From an uncultured Holdemanella sp. (GTDB lineage Bacteria > Bacillota_I > Bacilli_A > Erysipelotrichales > Erysipelotrichaceae): a stretch of DNA of 64,000 bases. Shown one piece after another: positions 9,664-19,418 of this stretch. The DNA is taken from the NCBI RefSeq assembly GCF_934754935.1, contig NZ_CAKVJB010000008.1:5591-69590 (forward strand), read 5' to 3'. The notes beneath the pieces are model-generated. The model was not told the origin of the DNA. It was given only the letters and a program-made list of their open reading frames with translations, and did not search any database. The stretch's first letter is position 1. The number at the start of each line of letters is the position of its first letter. A program made the position numbers and the translations under genes.

Positions 9664-9708
9664 ATGCATAGAACTACTACAAGACTACTACTTGCAGATG
9701 TGTTCTGA
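9664..9708 (+). CDS. Putative 14-aa leader peptide MHRTTTRLLLADVF
   Basis: AAAGGA 7 nt before ATG; stop codon abuts terminator hairpin. Confidence 0.35.
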   Translation: MHRTTTRLLLADVF

Positions 9709-9754
9709 AAACACTCCTCTCCGTCTAACTAACGGAGTCTTGGGTGTTTTTTTT
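9708..9754 (+). terminator. Terminator-like hairpin in leader of the primase-helicase gene
   Basis: AAAACACTC-CT-CTCCGT-ctaacta-ACGGAG-tctt-GGGTGTTTT + T run. Confidence 0.65.
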
Positions 9755-9800
9755 ATTTGTGAATTCAACTAAAATAGTATTGAAAAGAGTAGGTGGTTTT

Positions 9801-12728
9801 GTGAAACAAGCAAATGATAATTTGACTATAATAAATGACTTGCAAAAAGAGATTCAGTGTTTGAAGAACATTTTGGATCGAGAAGGAATTTCTTATCAAG
9901 AAGAATTGGCTCAATTAACAAATACAGAAACTTTTGAAACGAATCAAGGTAGTCGTATTGTTTTTCCAAATGAAATCACAAAAGATATGGCAAATCGATT
10001 TTTCGCTCGTTTTTGGGGTCGTACAGATGTGTACGCAAAAAGAGTGGAAAACAAAAAAACGAACAAGGCAGGGTATTATCCGCAATGTATAAATTTTTGG
10101 TCAGATGGTTGTGGTAAGAAATGGAATGCAGGATTTCGTTGCCAAGATTGTCATTACCAAAAATATAAAGCTTTGACAATTGATAGTATTATGTCTCATT
10201 TAAAAGGAAATGAAGTTATTGGTGTTTATCCATTACATAAAGATAATACGTGTCGCTTTTTAGTGTTTGACTTTGATAATCATGATAAAGATGCAGGAAA
10301 TGATTTTGCGAATATAGATGAGAGTTGGAAAGAAGAAGTCAATGCGATGCGAAGAATATGTCAAATAAATGGAATAGATCCTTTAATTGAGCGTTCTAGA
10401 TCTGGTAAAGGAGCTCACATCTGGATTTTCTTTGATAAACCTATTTCAGCTATTTTGGCAAGAAATTTTGGAAATGCTTTGTTGGATAAAGGGGCAGAGC
10501 AAGTGAATTTAAAATCGTTTAAATATTATGATCGTATGATACCAGCACAAGATAGTATGCCAAAAGGTGGCCTTGGAAATTTGATTGCTTTGCCGTTACA
10601 AGGACAAGCATTGAAAGATGGCAACAGTGCATTTATTGATGAAAATTGGAATGCCTATGCAAATCAATGGAATGTATTATGGTCTAAGCCTAAGCTTTCA
10701 CAGTCGTTTATTGAAGAAAAGATAAAAGAATGGCATGGAAATTTAGATGATAAACCTTGGGATTCTGTTAAAGAATTTGATAAAAATGAAGTGGACGGAA
10801 AAATGCATATCACTTTATCAAATGGTATTTTTGTGGATACTTCAAACTTAAGTGCATCTATTCAAAATAAAGTTCGTAAATTGGCTAGAATTAGTAATCC
10901 AGTCTATTATAAAAATCAAGGTATGGGAATTTCTACTTTTGGTATGTATAAATATATTTATCTTGGGGAAGACTATGATAGTGGATATATACAAATTCCT
11001 AGAGGCTGTTATGATACTTTAATGTCTTACAATAAAAATGCTAGGATTCAAATGATGGTGGACGATAAAAGACAACCAGGAAAAAGTATTGATGTTACTT
11101 TTAAGGGGGAGTTAAAGCCGGAACAAGAAGTGGCTCTACATAAAATGATTGAGCATGATAATGGTATTTTATTAGCAACTACAGCTTTTGGTAAGACAGT
11201 TCTTTGTGCAGATTTAATTGCGACAAAGAAAGTGAATACACTCATTTTGTTGGAGAGTTCATCTTTATTAGAACAGTGGAAAGACAAATTACAGACGTTT
11301 TTAGATATAAATGAAGAGTTGCCTGAATATACCACGCCTAAAGGTTTGGTCAAAAAGAGAAAATCTTTGATAGGTACTTTGCAAGGTTCGCATGATTCTA
11401 TGACAGGTATAATTGATATCGCAATGGCTGGTTCTATATGTAAAAAGGGGAAATTTCATAAACTGTTGAATGAGTATGGCATGATCATTGTGGATGAATG
11501 TCATCATGCGGCTTCAAATACTGAAAGTGCTGTTTTAAAAGAAATTAAAGCTAAATATGTATATGGTGTTACGGCCGTTGATCGAACAGATCAATTAGAT
11601 AAGATGAATTTTATGCTTATTGGTCCAATACGACATAAATATTCCGCAAAAGAACAGGCTGAACAACAAGGGATTCCTCGTTTATTATATCCTCGGTTTA
11701 CACATGTGGTTGCACCAAGAGGAATGATGAAAGATGAAAAGAATCCAAATGAAGCATACTCAATATTACGAGATAATGATTTGCGAGATCAAATGATTGT
11801 TCAGGATATAAAGGATTGTATTCAGAAAAAACGTACGCCTGTGGTCCTGTCTAAATATGTGAATCATTGTAAAAAGCTATATAAACAATTAGAGGGTGTG
11901 GCAGATTCTGTTTTCTTGTTGATAGGTACTCAATCAAAAAAGGAAAATGATCATATTGTTGAATTAATGAAAAGTGTGCCTGAAGACAAAACTATGATAT
12001 TAGTGGCGACAGGATCACTCGTTGGAGAAGGTTTTGACCTTGATCGATTGGATACTTTGTTTCTCGCAATGCCTGTAGCGAGTAGTAGTGTTATAAAACA
12101 ATTTACAGGAAGAATTCATCGACTATATGATAAAAAAGATACAATACTTGTATATGATTATGTAGATGTCCATATTCCAATGTTTGATCGAATGTATGGA
12201 AAAAGATTAAAGGCCTACAAAGCATCTGGTTATGAATTAATTTCGGATACAAACGACATAAAAAATGAATCAGAGACTTCTCAATCTATTTTTGATGCAA
12301 ATAATTATTATGATATGTATAGTCAAGACTTAATGTGCGCAAAGAAAAATATTGTTATTTCCAGTCCTTCATTATCTGGTGATAAGGTTGCAGATTTTAC
12401 AAAATTAGTTAAAAACAAGATAGAAGATGGAGTGGAAGTAACCGTAGTTTCTTGGATGCCAGATAAAATTAGGTTTGGAAGTTCAAATTATAGAATGCAG
12501 TTGTTAGAAGAAATGAGACAATCTGGTTTTTATCTAAAATCGGCAGAAGATAATTGCGAACATTTTGCGATTATTGATCAAGAGATTGTATGGTATGGAA
12601 ATATGAATTTGTTAGGGAAGCAAGATGTTGAAGATCATATTATGCGAATTCAAAGTAAAGAAATCGCTAATGAACTTATGGAAATGACTTTTGGGAATAG
12701 TTTATATAATTATTTGAATAACTTCTAG
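9801..12728 (+). CDS. AEP (TOTE-primase-like) + SF2 DExH helicase + degenerate PLD-like fusion protein
   Basis: AEP motifs VFDFD, SRSGKGAHIWIFF, NLIALPLQG; helicase TAFGKT, IIVDECHH, GEGFD, QFTGRIHR; C-terminal CEHFAIIDQEIVWYGNMN; GTG at 9801 after AGGTGG. Confidence 0.85.
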   Translation: MKQANDNLTIINDLQKEIQCLKNILDREGISYQEELAQLTNTETFETNQGSRIVFPNEITKDMANRFFARFWGRTDVYAKRVENKKTNKAGYYPQCINFWSDGCGKKWNAGFRCQDCHYQKYKALTIDSIMSHLKGNEVIGVYPLHKDNTCRFLVFDFDNHDKDAGNDFANIDESWKEEVNAMRRICQINGIDPLIERSRSGKGAHIWIFFDKPISAILARNFGNALLDKGAEQVNLKSFKYYDRMIPAQDSMPKGGLGNLIALPLQGQALKDGNSAFIDENWNAYANQWNVLWSKPKLSQSFIEEKIKEWHGNLDDKPWDSVKEFDKNEVDGKMHITLSNGIFVDTSNLSASIQNKVRKLARISNPVYYKNQGMGISTFGMYKYIYLGEDYDSGYIQIPRGCYDTLMSYNKNARIQMMVDDKRQPGKSIDVTFKGELKPEQEVALHKMIEHDNGILLATTAFGKTVLCADLIATKKVNTLILLESSSLLEQWKDKLQTFLDINEELPEYTTPKGLVKKRKSLIGTLQGSHDSMTGIIDIAMAGSICKKGKFHKLLNEYGMIIVDECHHAASNTESAVLKEIKAKYVYGVTAVDRTDQLDKMNFMLIGPIRHKYSAKEQAEQQGIPRLLYPRFTHVVAPRGMMKDEKNPNEAYSILRDNDLRDQMIVQDIKDCIQKKRTPVVLSKYVNHCKKLYKQLEGVADSVFLLIGTQSKKENDHIVELMKSVPEDKTMILVATGSLVGEGFDLDRLDTLFLAMPVASSSVIKQFTGRIHRLYDKKDTILVYDYVDVHIPMFDRMYGKRLKAYKASGYELISDTNDIKNESETSQSIFDANNYYDMYSQDLMCAKKNIVISSPSLSGDKVADFTKLVKNKIEDGVEVTVVSWMPDKIRFGSSNYRMQLLEEMRQSGFYLKSAEDNCEHFAIIDQEIVWYGNMNLLGKQDVEDHIMRIQSKEIANELMEMTFGNSLYNYLNNF

Positions 12729-12783
12729 AAATTTTCCTAGAAGTTTTTCTATTTGTGATAAAATAATGGGCAGGTGATATTTG

Positions 12784-13551
12784 ATGAGTGAGAAAAGAGA
12801 AGGTTACCAGTTTGTTGGTTGGTATATAGATAAAGAGTGTACAAAAAGATTAAATCCAGGTGGGGTACTTCCTCATTCTGTGACTTTATATGATAAATGG
12901 ATACCTATTTGGTATCCCATTGAATATGATGTGGATGGCGGAATTATGTCTCGTCGTAATCCTAGATATACGTGTATTGAATCGGAAGAATTGTTGTTGT
13001 ATCCGGCATTTAAGAAGGGTGTTATGTTTGTTGGTTGGCAGCTTAATGGTGAAATTGTCACAAGTTTACCAGCAGGTATTCATGAACCTGTTATATTAAC
13101 AGCCATTTATAAAGAGTGTCCTGTGATTCATTTTGAAACATGTGGTGGAGCTAATTATATGGATGTATGTACGAATGAATATGGATTGTTAGTGAATATG
13201 AAATCTCCTATACGAGTTGGATATACCTTTGATGGATGGTTTTGGGATTGTGATTATCGTTGGCGCTATAACTTGGATGAACCAATTCATGAATCTTGTA
13301 CGTTATATGCCCATTGGCAGGTAAGTCAATATAAGATTACGTATGATTTAAATGGTGGATTGAGTAGTCGTAGAAATCCAAAGGCATATACGTATTTTTC
13401 AGATACGATTCATTTGTTGCCTGCCACTAAACCTGGGTATGATTTTGTGGGTTGGTTTGACGAAAGAGGAAATGAATTGAATGTGATCAAAGAGCATTCA
13501 ATGGGAAATAAGCATTTAATAGCACAATTTAGAAAGAGGGAATTAGATTAG
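12784..13551 (+). CDS. InlB B-repeat (Listeria-Bacteroides repeat) protein
   Basis: Four repeats of G(Y/V)xFxGW (GYQFVGWY, GVMFVGWQ, GYTFDGWF, GYDFVGWF) with TLYxxW and YDxxGG. Confidence 0.8.
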   Translation: MSEKREGYQFVGWYIDKECTKRLNPGGVLPHSVTLYDKWIPIWYPIEYDVDGGIMSRRNPRYTCIESEELLLYPAFKKGVMFVGWQLNGEIVTSLPAGIHEPVILTAIYKECPVIHFETCGGANYMDVCTNEYGLLVNMKSPIRVGYTFDGWFWDCDYRWRYNLDEPIHESCTLYAHWQVSQYKITYDLNGGLSSRRNPKAYTYFSDTIHLLPATKPGYDFVGWFDERGNELNVIKEHSMGNKHLIAQFRKRELD

Positions 13552-13552
13552 T

Positions 13553-14929
13553 ATGCAAAATCCATTAGGGTATGAAAAAGAGTCGTCATTATTAAAAAAA
13601 TTTGCGATACCAAGTATTATTTCAATGCTTGTATCGTCACTATATAACATTGTGGATCAAATCTTTATTGGTCAAGGTGTTGGTTTTTTAGGAAATGCTG
13701 CAACCAATGTAGCTTTCCCACTTACAACAATTGCGTTGGCCATCGCCTTGTTGATTGGGATTGGATCAGCGAGTTTATTTAGTTTATATCTAGGTGAAAA
13801 AAGACCAGAACGATCAAGTAGTATTGCAGGCAATGGCATCAGCATATCTGTTCTTTGTTCGGTAATCTATGTTGTTTTAGTTCTTTTGTTTCTAGAATCA
13901 TTATTAAAATCATTTGGGGCTACAAGTACAATTATGCCTTTGGCCTTAGAATATACGCGTATTACGACATTGGGTGTGCCATTTTTGATTACGACAAATG
14001 TGATCAGTAACTTGATTCGTGCGGATGGATCACCAAAATATTCAATGATATGTATGGTTGCAGGTGCTATAGTTAATACCATCTTAGACCCATTATTTAT
14101 CTTTGTCTTTCATATGGGAGTAGCTGGTGCTGCCATTGCCACTGTTGCAGGTCAAGTGATTTCATTTGTGATTGCGGCTTGGTATATCAAGAGTTTTCAA
14201 CATATTGAATTTGATAAGAGTAGCTTACGTATTTCTTTGAGTGATACAAAAGAAATGGCAACCATTGGAATGAGTGCTTCATTAAATCAGATTGCGATTT
14301 TGTTTGTGCAAATTGTATTAAATAATTCATTGACGTATTATGGACAGTTTACCAAGTTTGGTAGTGATATTCCTTTAGCTGCCTGTGGTATTGTCATGAA
14401 AACCAATGCGATATTATTAGCTATTATCATTGGTATTTCGCAAGGAATGCAACCAATTATTGGGTTTAATTATGGGGCACAAAAATATGAGCGTGTTAAA
14501 AAGACGTTTAAGCTTGCGGTAAGTGCAAACTTAGTTGTTTCTTTTATTGGTTGGGCTTTATTTCAATTCTGTACGAGCACTGTATTATCAATCTTCGGAT
14601 CAGGAGACGCAAACTATTTTGAATTTGCGACAATGTTTATGCGAATCTATCTAATGCTTGTATGCATTGATGGTGTACAGATGCTTTCGTCAAGCTTCTT
14701 TGCGTCAATTAAAAAAGCATATTTAGGAATGTTTTTGTCTATGACTAGACAAGTATTATTTTTGATTCCACTTGTTTTGATCTTACCTAAATTCTTTGGA
14801 TTAAATGGTATCTTATATGCAGCTCCAATTGCGGATTTTGTTGCTTTTGTAGTTTCTGTTATATGTATTTTGGGTGAATTCAAGAAGTTAAATGAATTAG
14901 AAAAAAATATGAAAGTAGACTCTCTTTAA
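13553..14929 (+). CDS. MATE family efflux transporter (MepA-like)
   Basis: SLYNIVDQIFIG, NTILDPLFIF, QPIIGFNYGA; multi-TM. Confidence 0.92.
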   Translation: MQNPLGYEKESSLLKKFAIPSIISMLVSSLYNIVDQIFIGQGVGFLGNAATNVAFPLTTIALAIALLIGIGSASLFSLYLGEKRPERSSSIAGNGISISVLCSVIYVVLVLLFLESLLKSFGATSTIMPLALEYTRITTLGVPFLITTNVISNLIRADGSPKYSMICMVAGAIVNTILDPLFIFVFHMGVAGAAIATVAGQVISFVIAAWYIKSFQHIEFDKSSLRISLSDTKEMATIGMSASLNQIAILFVQIVLNNSLTYYGQFTKFGSDIPLAACGIVMKTNAILLAIIIGISQGMQPIIGFNYGAQKYERVKKTFKLAVSANLVVSFIGWALFQFCTSTVLSIFGSGDANYFEFATMFMRIYLMLVCIDGVQMLSSSFFASIKKAYLGMFLSMTRQVLFLIPLVLILPKFFGLNGILYAAPIADFVAFVVSVICILGEFKKLNELEKNMKVDSL

Positions 14930-15044
14930 TAGGAGAGTTTTTTTCTTGAAATGACATTCTTTGAATTCTGTATTTTAAAAAGGCGTAGAATTGATTATTG
15001 TCGATATTTATGGTAGAATACTAATGTTTCGCATGGAGGTATAA

Positions 15045-15776
15045 GTGAACGCATATTATCATTCTTTAATCGAAGAAATAAAAAAAGAGATAGATGAAAA
15101 AAGTTATGCCCAGGCGTACGAATTGATTTGTCAGGAGCTGAACATGCCTTATGTTCCACAAGATGCATTAGATTTATTAGAATCTTATAAGTCTGAATGT
15201 AAACCTTATTTGGAACAGAAGAATAAGAGTATGGATTTCAACAAGTTACAGGATTATATTCATGGAAGTCTAGAACAGAAAATCTTTGCGATTTCTATGT
15301 TAGAAAACATGAATTTAAGAATGTGTCATGATGAAGTTCAGGTATTATTGGATTCAGATTTACCTGATGAATATAAGGGTACATTGATTGAGGCTTTAAT
15401 GGAGCAGAAAATCGATGATCCATTTGATTTGATAAAATCCGGATTGAACATTACATTTATTCCAAGTGCCATCTTACCTATGGAGCAAGATTCGTCAATC
15501 TGTGAAGCGAGTTCATTATTTGAAAGTTGGTTTACAAATGAAGATCCAACCATGGTTCAATTTTGTATGTCACTTTTGATGCAGCTTGTTTTGTATGAAA
15601 GACCATTTGGTCAAGAAGACAAAGATCCTTACCAACTTGCGAAAAGTGTAACAAGACTTGTATATGATGCAATGCAGAAATCCGATGAATGGCCTGGTTT
15701 TGTCAAGAAACAGGGGCTTGAAAAAATTGAGGATATTGAGTTATCCATTGAAAAGCGAGGAGAAAACAATGACTAG
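15045..15776 (+). CDS. Conserved hypothetical protein (DUF3196-like) upstream of tig
   Basis: N-terminal 'YY..LIEEI...A..LI.QELNMPYVP' pattern as recalled for DUF3196; GGAGG RBS. Confidence 0.55.
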   Translation: MNAYYHSLIEEIKKEIDEKSYAQAYELICQELNMPYVPQDALDLLESYKSECKPYLEQKNKSMDFNKLQDYIHGSLEQKIFAISMLENMNLRMCHDEVQVLLDSDLPDEYKGTLIEALMEQKIDDPFDLIKSGLNITFIPSAILPMEQDSSICEASSLFESWFTNEDPTMVQFCMSLLMQLVLYERPFGQEDKDPYQLAKSVTRLVYDAMQKSDEWPGFVKKQGLEKIEDIELSIEKRGENND

Positions 15777-17046
15777 TACTTGGACTTTGAAAGAAAATTC
15801 TACTGGTGAATTAGAAGTAACAGTAGAAGGGGAAGCTTGGAAAAAAGCACAGAAAAAAGCATTAAACTATGCTAAATCTCACATGAATTTGAAAGGATTC
15901 CGTCAAGGACAAATCCCTGATGCTTTAGTTAAAAAACAACTTTCTTCAAAAGCATTATATGATATGGCTAGCGAAGAAGTAGCTAATGAAGTATTATCAG
16001 AAGGAATCAAAGAACACAATATCGAATTAGTAGCTCGTCCTACTTTAGATGTTAAAGAAGCTGATGATGAAAAAGCCGTATTAGTATTTACATGTACAGT
16101 ACTTCCTGAAGTAACTTTAGGTGAATACAAAGGATTAGAAATCAAAAAAGCAGATGTAGAAGTTACAGAAGAAGATGTTGAAAACGAAGTTAAACGCGTT
16201 CAAGATCGTTATGCTGACTGGGTTGTTCGTGAAGATGACGATGCTGCTCAATTAGGTGATCAAGTAGTTATCGATTTCGTTGGAACAAAAGATGGTGTAG
16301 CATTCGAAGGTGGATCTGGAGAAAACTATCCATTAGAACTTGGTTCAGGATCATTCATTCCAGGTTTCGAAGAACAATTAGTTGGAGTTAAGAAAGGTGA
16401 AGAAAAAGACGTTGAAGTTACTTTCCCTGAAAACTACCAAGCAGCTGAACTTGCTGGTCAACCTGCAACATTCCACTGCACAGTTCACGAAGTAAAATAT
16501 AAAGATCTTCCTGAATTAAATGATGAATTAATCAAAAAATTAAAGATTGAAAACGTTGAAACAGTTGATGCTTATAAAGAAAAAGTAAAAGCTGACTTAA
16601 CTGCTCAAAAAGAAAGAGAAGCTGAAGAAAACTTCACTAATGAATTATTAGGAAAAGTTTGTGACAACGCAAACGTTGAAATTCCAGCAGCTATGATCGA
16701 TGCAGAAGTTGATCGTATGTATAGAGAATTCGAAGGTCGTATGCAACAATCTGGATTCACTGCTAAACAATTCTTAGAAGCAACTCACCAAACTGAAGAA
16801 GCAATTCGTGCTCAAATGAGCCCAGAAGCTGCTGCTCGTGTTAAGACTCAATTAGTATTAGAAGCTATCGTAAAAGCTGAAAGCATCGAAGCTAGTGATG
16901 AAGATGTAGAAAAAGAATTTACTACAATGTCTGAAATGTACAACATGGAAGTTGAAAAAATCAAATCATTGATTTCTCCAGAAAGTATTAAAGCAGATTT
17001 AGCTAATCAAAAAGCATTAGACTTCATTAAAACTTCTGTAAAGTAG
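15769..17046 (+). CDS. tig: Trigger factor
   Basis: GFRQGQIP signature, FKBP domain LELGSGSFIPGFEEQL; ATG 15769 after GAGGAG. Confidence 0.96.
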   Translation: MTSTWTLKENSTGELEVTVEGEAWKKAQKKALNYAKSHMNLKGFRQGQIPDALVKKQLSSKALYDMASEEVANEVLSEGIKEHNIELVARPTLDVKEADDEKAVLVFTCTVLPEVTLGEYKGLEIKKADVEVTEEDVENEVKRVQDRYADWVVREDDDAAQLGDQVVIDFVGTKDGVAFEGGSGENYPLELGSGSFIPGFEEQLVGVKKGEEKDVEVTFPENYQAAELAGQPATFHCTVHEVKYKDLPELNDELIKKLKIENVETVDAYKEKVKADLTAQKEREAEENFTNELLGKVCDNANVEIPAAMIDAEVDRMYREFEGRMQQSGFTAKQFLEATHQTEEAIRAQMSPEAAARVKTQLVLEAIVKAESIEASDEDVEKEFTTMSEMYNMEVEKIKSLISPESIKADLANQKALDFIKTSVK

Positions 17047-17110
17047 TATAATGTAAACGAAAAAAGACGCTTAGCGTCTTTTTCCATATTTAATATAAGG
17101 AGGTTTTTGT

Positions 17111-19417
17111 ATGGAATTAAATACCTATCCTTTAGTTTGTACAAGAGGGGTCGTACTATATCCAAATCAAGAAATTGTGATTGATGTAGGTAGAGATACT
17201 TCTGTACATGCTGTTGAAAATGCTCAGGATAATTATGATAAAAAGATTTGTTTATTTTCTCAAAAAGAGCTTGAACAAGAAAATCCTGGAACCGAAGATA
17301 TATATTCTGTAGGGACTTTGTGTGAAGTTCGTCATATTCGTCGTTTTGATAACTTTTTACGCGTTAAATTCCGTGGAATCAAACGTGTTAAATTAAATAA
17401 ATGGACTCATGGAAGCTTGAGTGATCTTGTTGAAGTTGAAATTCTTGAAAGTGAAAAACAAGATACGGTTGAAGAAGAAGCCTTGATTCGTATGATCGCA
17501 GATGAGCTTGATCGCATGCAAGGTCAAGATCGTTTTGTGACAAAAGAAATTGTTATGGAAATCTCTAAAGGTATGGGCGGTGAATTCTTAAGTGATAAAG
17601 CTGTTCAGGGGTTACCTTTAGATCTTGAAAGAAAACAAAAATATCTTGAAACCCTTGGAGTAAATGATCGTTTAATGATGTTACTTCAAGATATGGCTAA
17701 AGAAAAAAAGATGAGTGAAGTTGAAAAACAAATCAACGAAACTGTTAAAGAAAGAATTGATCAAGGGCAAAAGGACTACTATCTTCGTGAAAAGATGAAT
17801 GTCATTCGTGAAGAATTAGGGGATACAGTTGCTCAAGATGAAGATGCAGCTAAGATTCGTAAGCGTTTAGCCGAAAATCCATATCCTGACTATATTAAGA
17901 AAAAGGTAGCGGATGAAGTCAGTCGTTACGAAATGCTTCCTATGGCTAGTGGAGAAACTGGTGTAATCAAAGCATACATTGATTGGTTAATGGATCTTCC
18001 TTGGTGGCAGCAAACAAAAGATAATGAGGATTTAAATGCGGCAGAAGCTACTTTAAATGCTGATCATTATGGTCTAGAAAAAGTAAAAGAACGTATTCTA
18101 GAATATTTAGCTGTTAAACAAATGACAAATTCATTAAATGCACCAATCATTTGTTTGGTAGGTCCTCCTGGAGTTGGTAAAACATCTTTGGCAAAAAGTG
18201 TTGCACGTGCTTTAGACCGTAAATTTGTAAAGATGTCTCTTGGTGGTGTTCGTGATGAAGCAGAGATTCGAGGACATAGAAGAACCTATTTAGGAGCTTT
18301 ACCTGGACGTATCATTCAAGGTATGAAAAAGGCTGGAGTGACTAACCCTGTATTCTTAATTGATGAAATTGATAAGATGGCAAGTGATTATAAGGGAGAT
18401 CCATCAAGTGCTATGCTTGAAGTATTAGATCCTGAACAAAACTCAGTATTCTCAGATCACTATATTGAAGAGCCTTATGACTTATCAAAAGTATTATTCA
18501 TCGCAACCGCTAACTATTTAGAAAATATTCCACCTGCATTAAGAGATCGTTTGGAAATCATTGAATTATCAAGCTATACAGATGCAGAAAAGGTTCATAT
18601 TGCCAAGGATCACTTAGTGCCTAAGCAATTAAAACTAAATGGATTAAAACCATCACAATTAAAAATTGATGATGATATGTTACTATATTTAATTCGTTAC
18701 TATACTCGTGAAGCGGGTGTTCGTTCATTAGAGCGTACGATTGCGACAATTTGCCGTAAAACCGTATTAGCAATCTTAAAAAACAACAAACGCAGTATTA
18801 AGTTGACTAAGAAATTAGTTCATGAGTGGTTGGGTAATGAAAAAGTCGATTATGGTAAAAAAGAAAAGAAAGATCAAGTTGGAACTGTAACAGGACTTGC
18901 CTATACAAGTTTTGGTGGAGATATCCTTCAAATCGAGGCAACTCGCTTTACTGGTAAAGGAAGACTTGTTCTTACTGGACAATTAGGTGATGTTATGAAG
19001 GAAAGTGCTAGTATTGCGCTAGACTATGTTCGTACACATGCGAAAGAATTCAAAATTGAACCAAAATTGTTTGAAGAAAATGATGTACATATTCACGTAC
19101 CAGAAGGAGCAGTTCCAAAAGATGGACCAAGTGCTGGTGTTACAATGACAACGGCATTGGTATCTTGTTTCTCAAATATTCCAGTTAAGGCAAATTTAGC
19201 CATGACAGGTGAAGTAACACTTAGAGGAAATGTTCTTCCTATTGGTGGTTTAAAAGAGAAATCATTGGCAGCACATCGTTCTGGAATTGATACGATCTTG
19301 ATTCCAAAAGAAAATGTAAAAGATTTGGATGATGTACCTCAAGAAGTAAAAGATGCAGTTACTTTTATTCCTTGTTCAAATGTCTCTCAAGTATTACATA
19401 ACGCATTGGTAAGATAG
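17111..19417 (+). CDS. lon: ATP-dependent protease La
   Basis: GPPGVGKTS, IRGHRRTY, LIDEIDK, PKDGPSAG. Confidence 0.97.
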   Translation: MELNTYPLVCTRGVVLYPNQEIVIDVGRDTSVHAVENAQDNYDKKICLFSQKELEQENPGTEDIYSVGTLCEVRHIRRFDNFLRVKFRGIKRVKLNKWTHGSLSDLVEVEILESEKQDTVEEEALIRMIADELDRMQGQDRFVTKEIVMEISKGMGGEFLSDKAVQGLPLDLERKQKYLETLGVNDRLMMLLQDMAKEKKMSEVEKQINETVKERIDQGQKDYYLREKMNVIREELGDTVAQDEDAAKIRKRLAENPYPDYIKKKVADEVSRYEMLPMASGETGVIKAYIDWLMDLPWWQQTKDNEDLNAAEATLNADHYGLEKVKERILEYLAVKQMTNSLNAPIICLVGPPGVGKTSLAKSVARALDRKFVKMSLGGVRDEAEIRGHRRTYLGALPGRIIQGMKKAGVTNPVFLIDEIDKMASDYKGDPSSAMLEVLDPEQNSVFSDHYIEEPYDLSKVLFIATANYLENIPPALRDRLEIIELSSYTDAEKVHIAKDHLVPKQLKLNGLKPSQLKIDDDMLLYLIRYYTREAGVRSLERTIATICRKTVLAILKNNKRSIKLTKKLVHEWLGNEKVDYGKKEKKDQVGTVTGLAYTSFGGDILQIEATRFTGKGRLVLTGQLGDVMKESASIALDYVRTHAKEFKIEPKLFEENDVHIHVPEGAVPKDGPSAGVTMTTALVSCFSNIPVKANLAMTGEVTLRGNVLPIGGLKEKSLAAHRSGIDTILIPKENVKDLDDVPQEVKDAVTFIPCSNVSQVLHNALVR

Positions 19418-19418
19418 T

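Noticed and set aside
8399..12750. Intact prophage/ICE integrated at tRNA-Arg
   Set aside because: No integrase, no phage or conjugation genes and no second copy of the tRNA 3' end seen in the window
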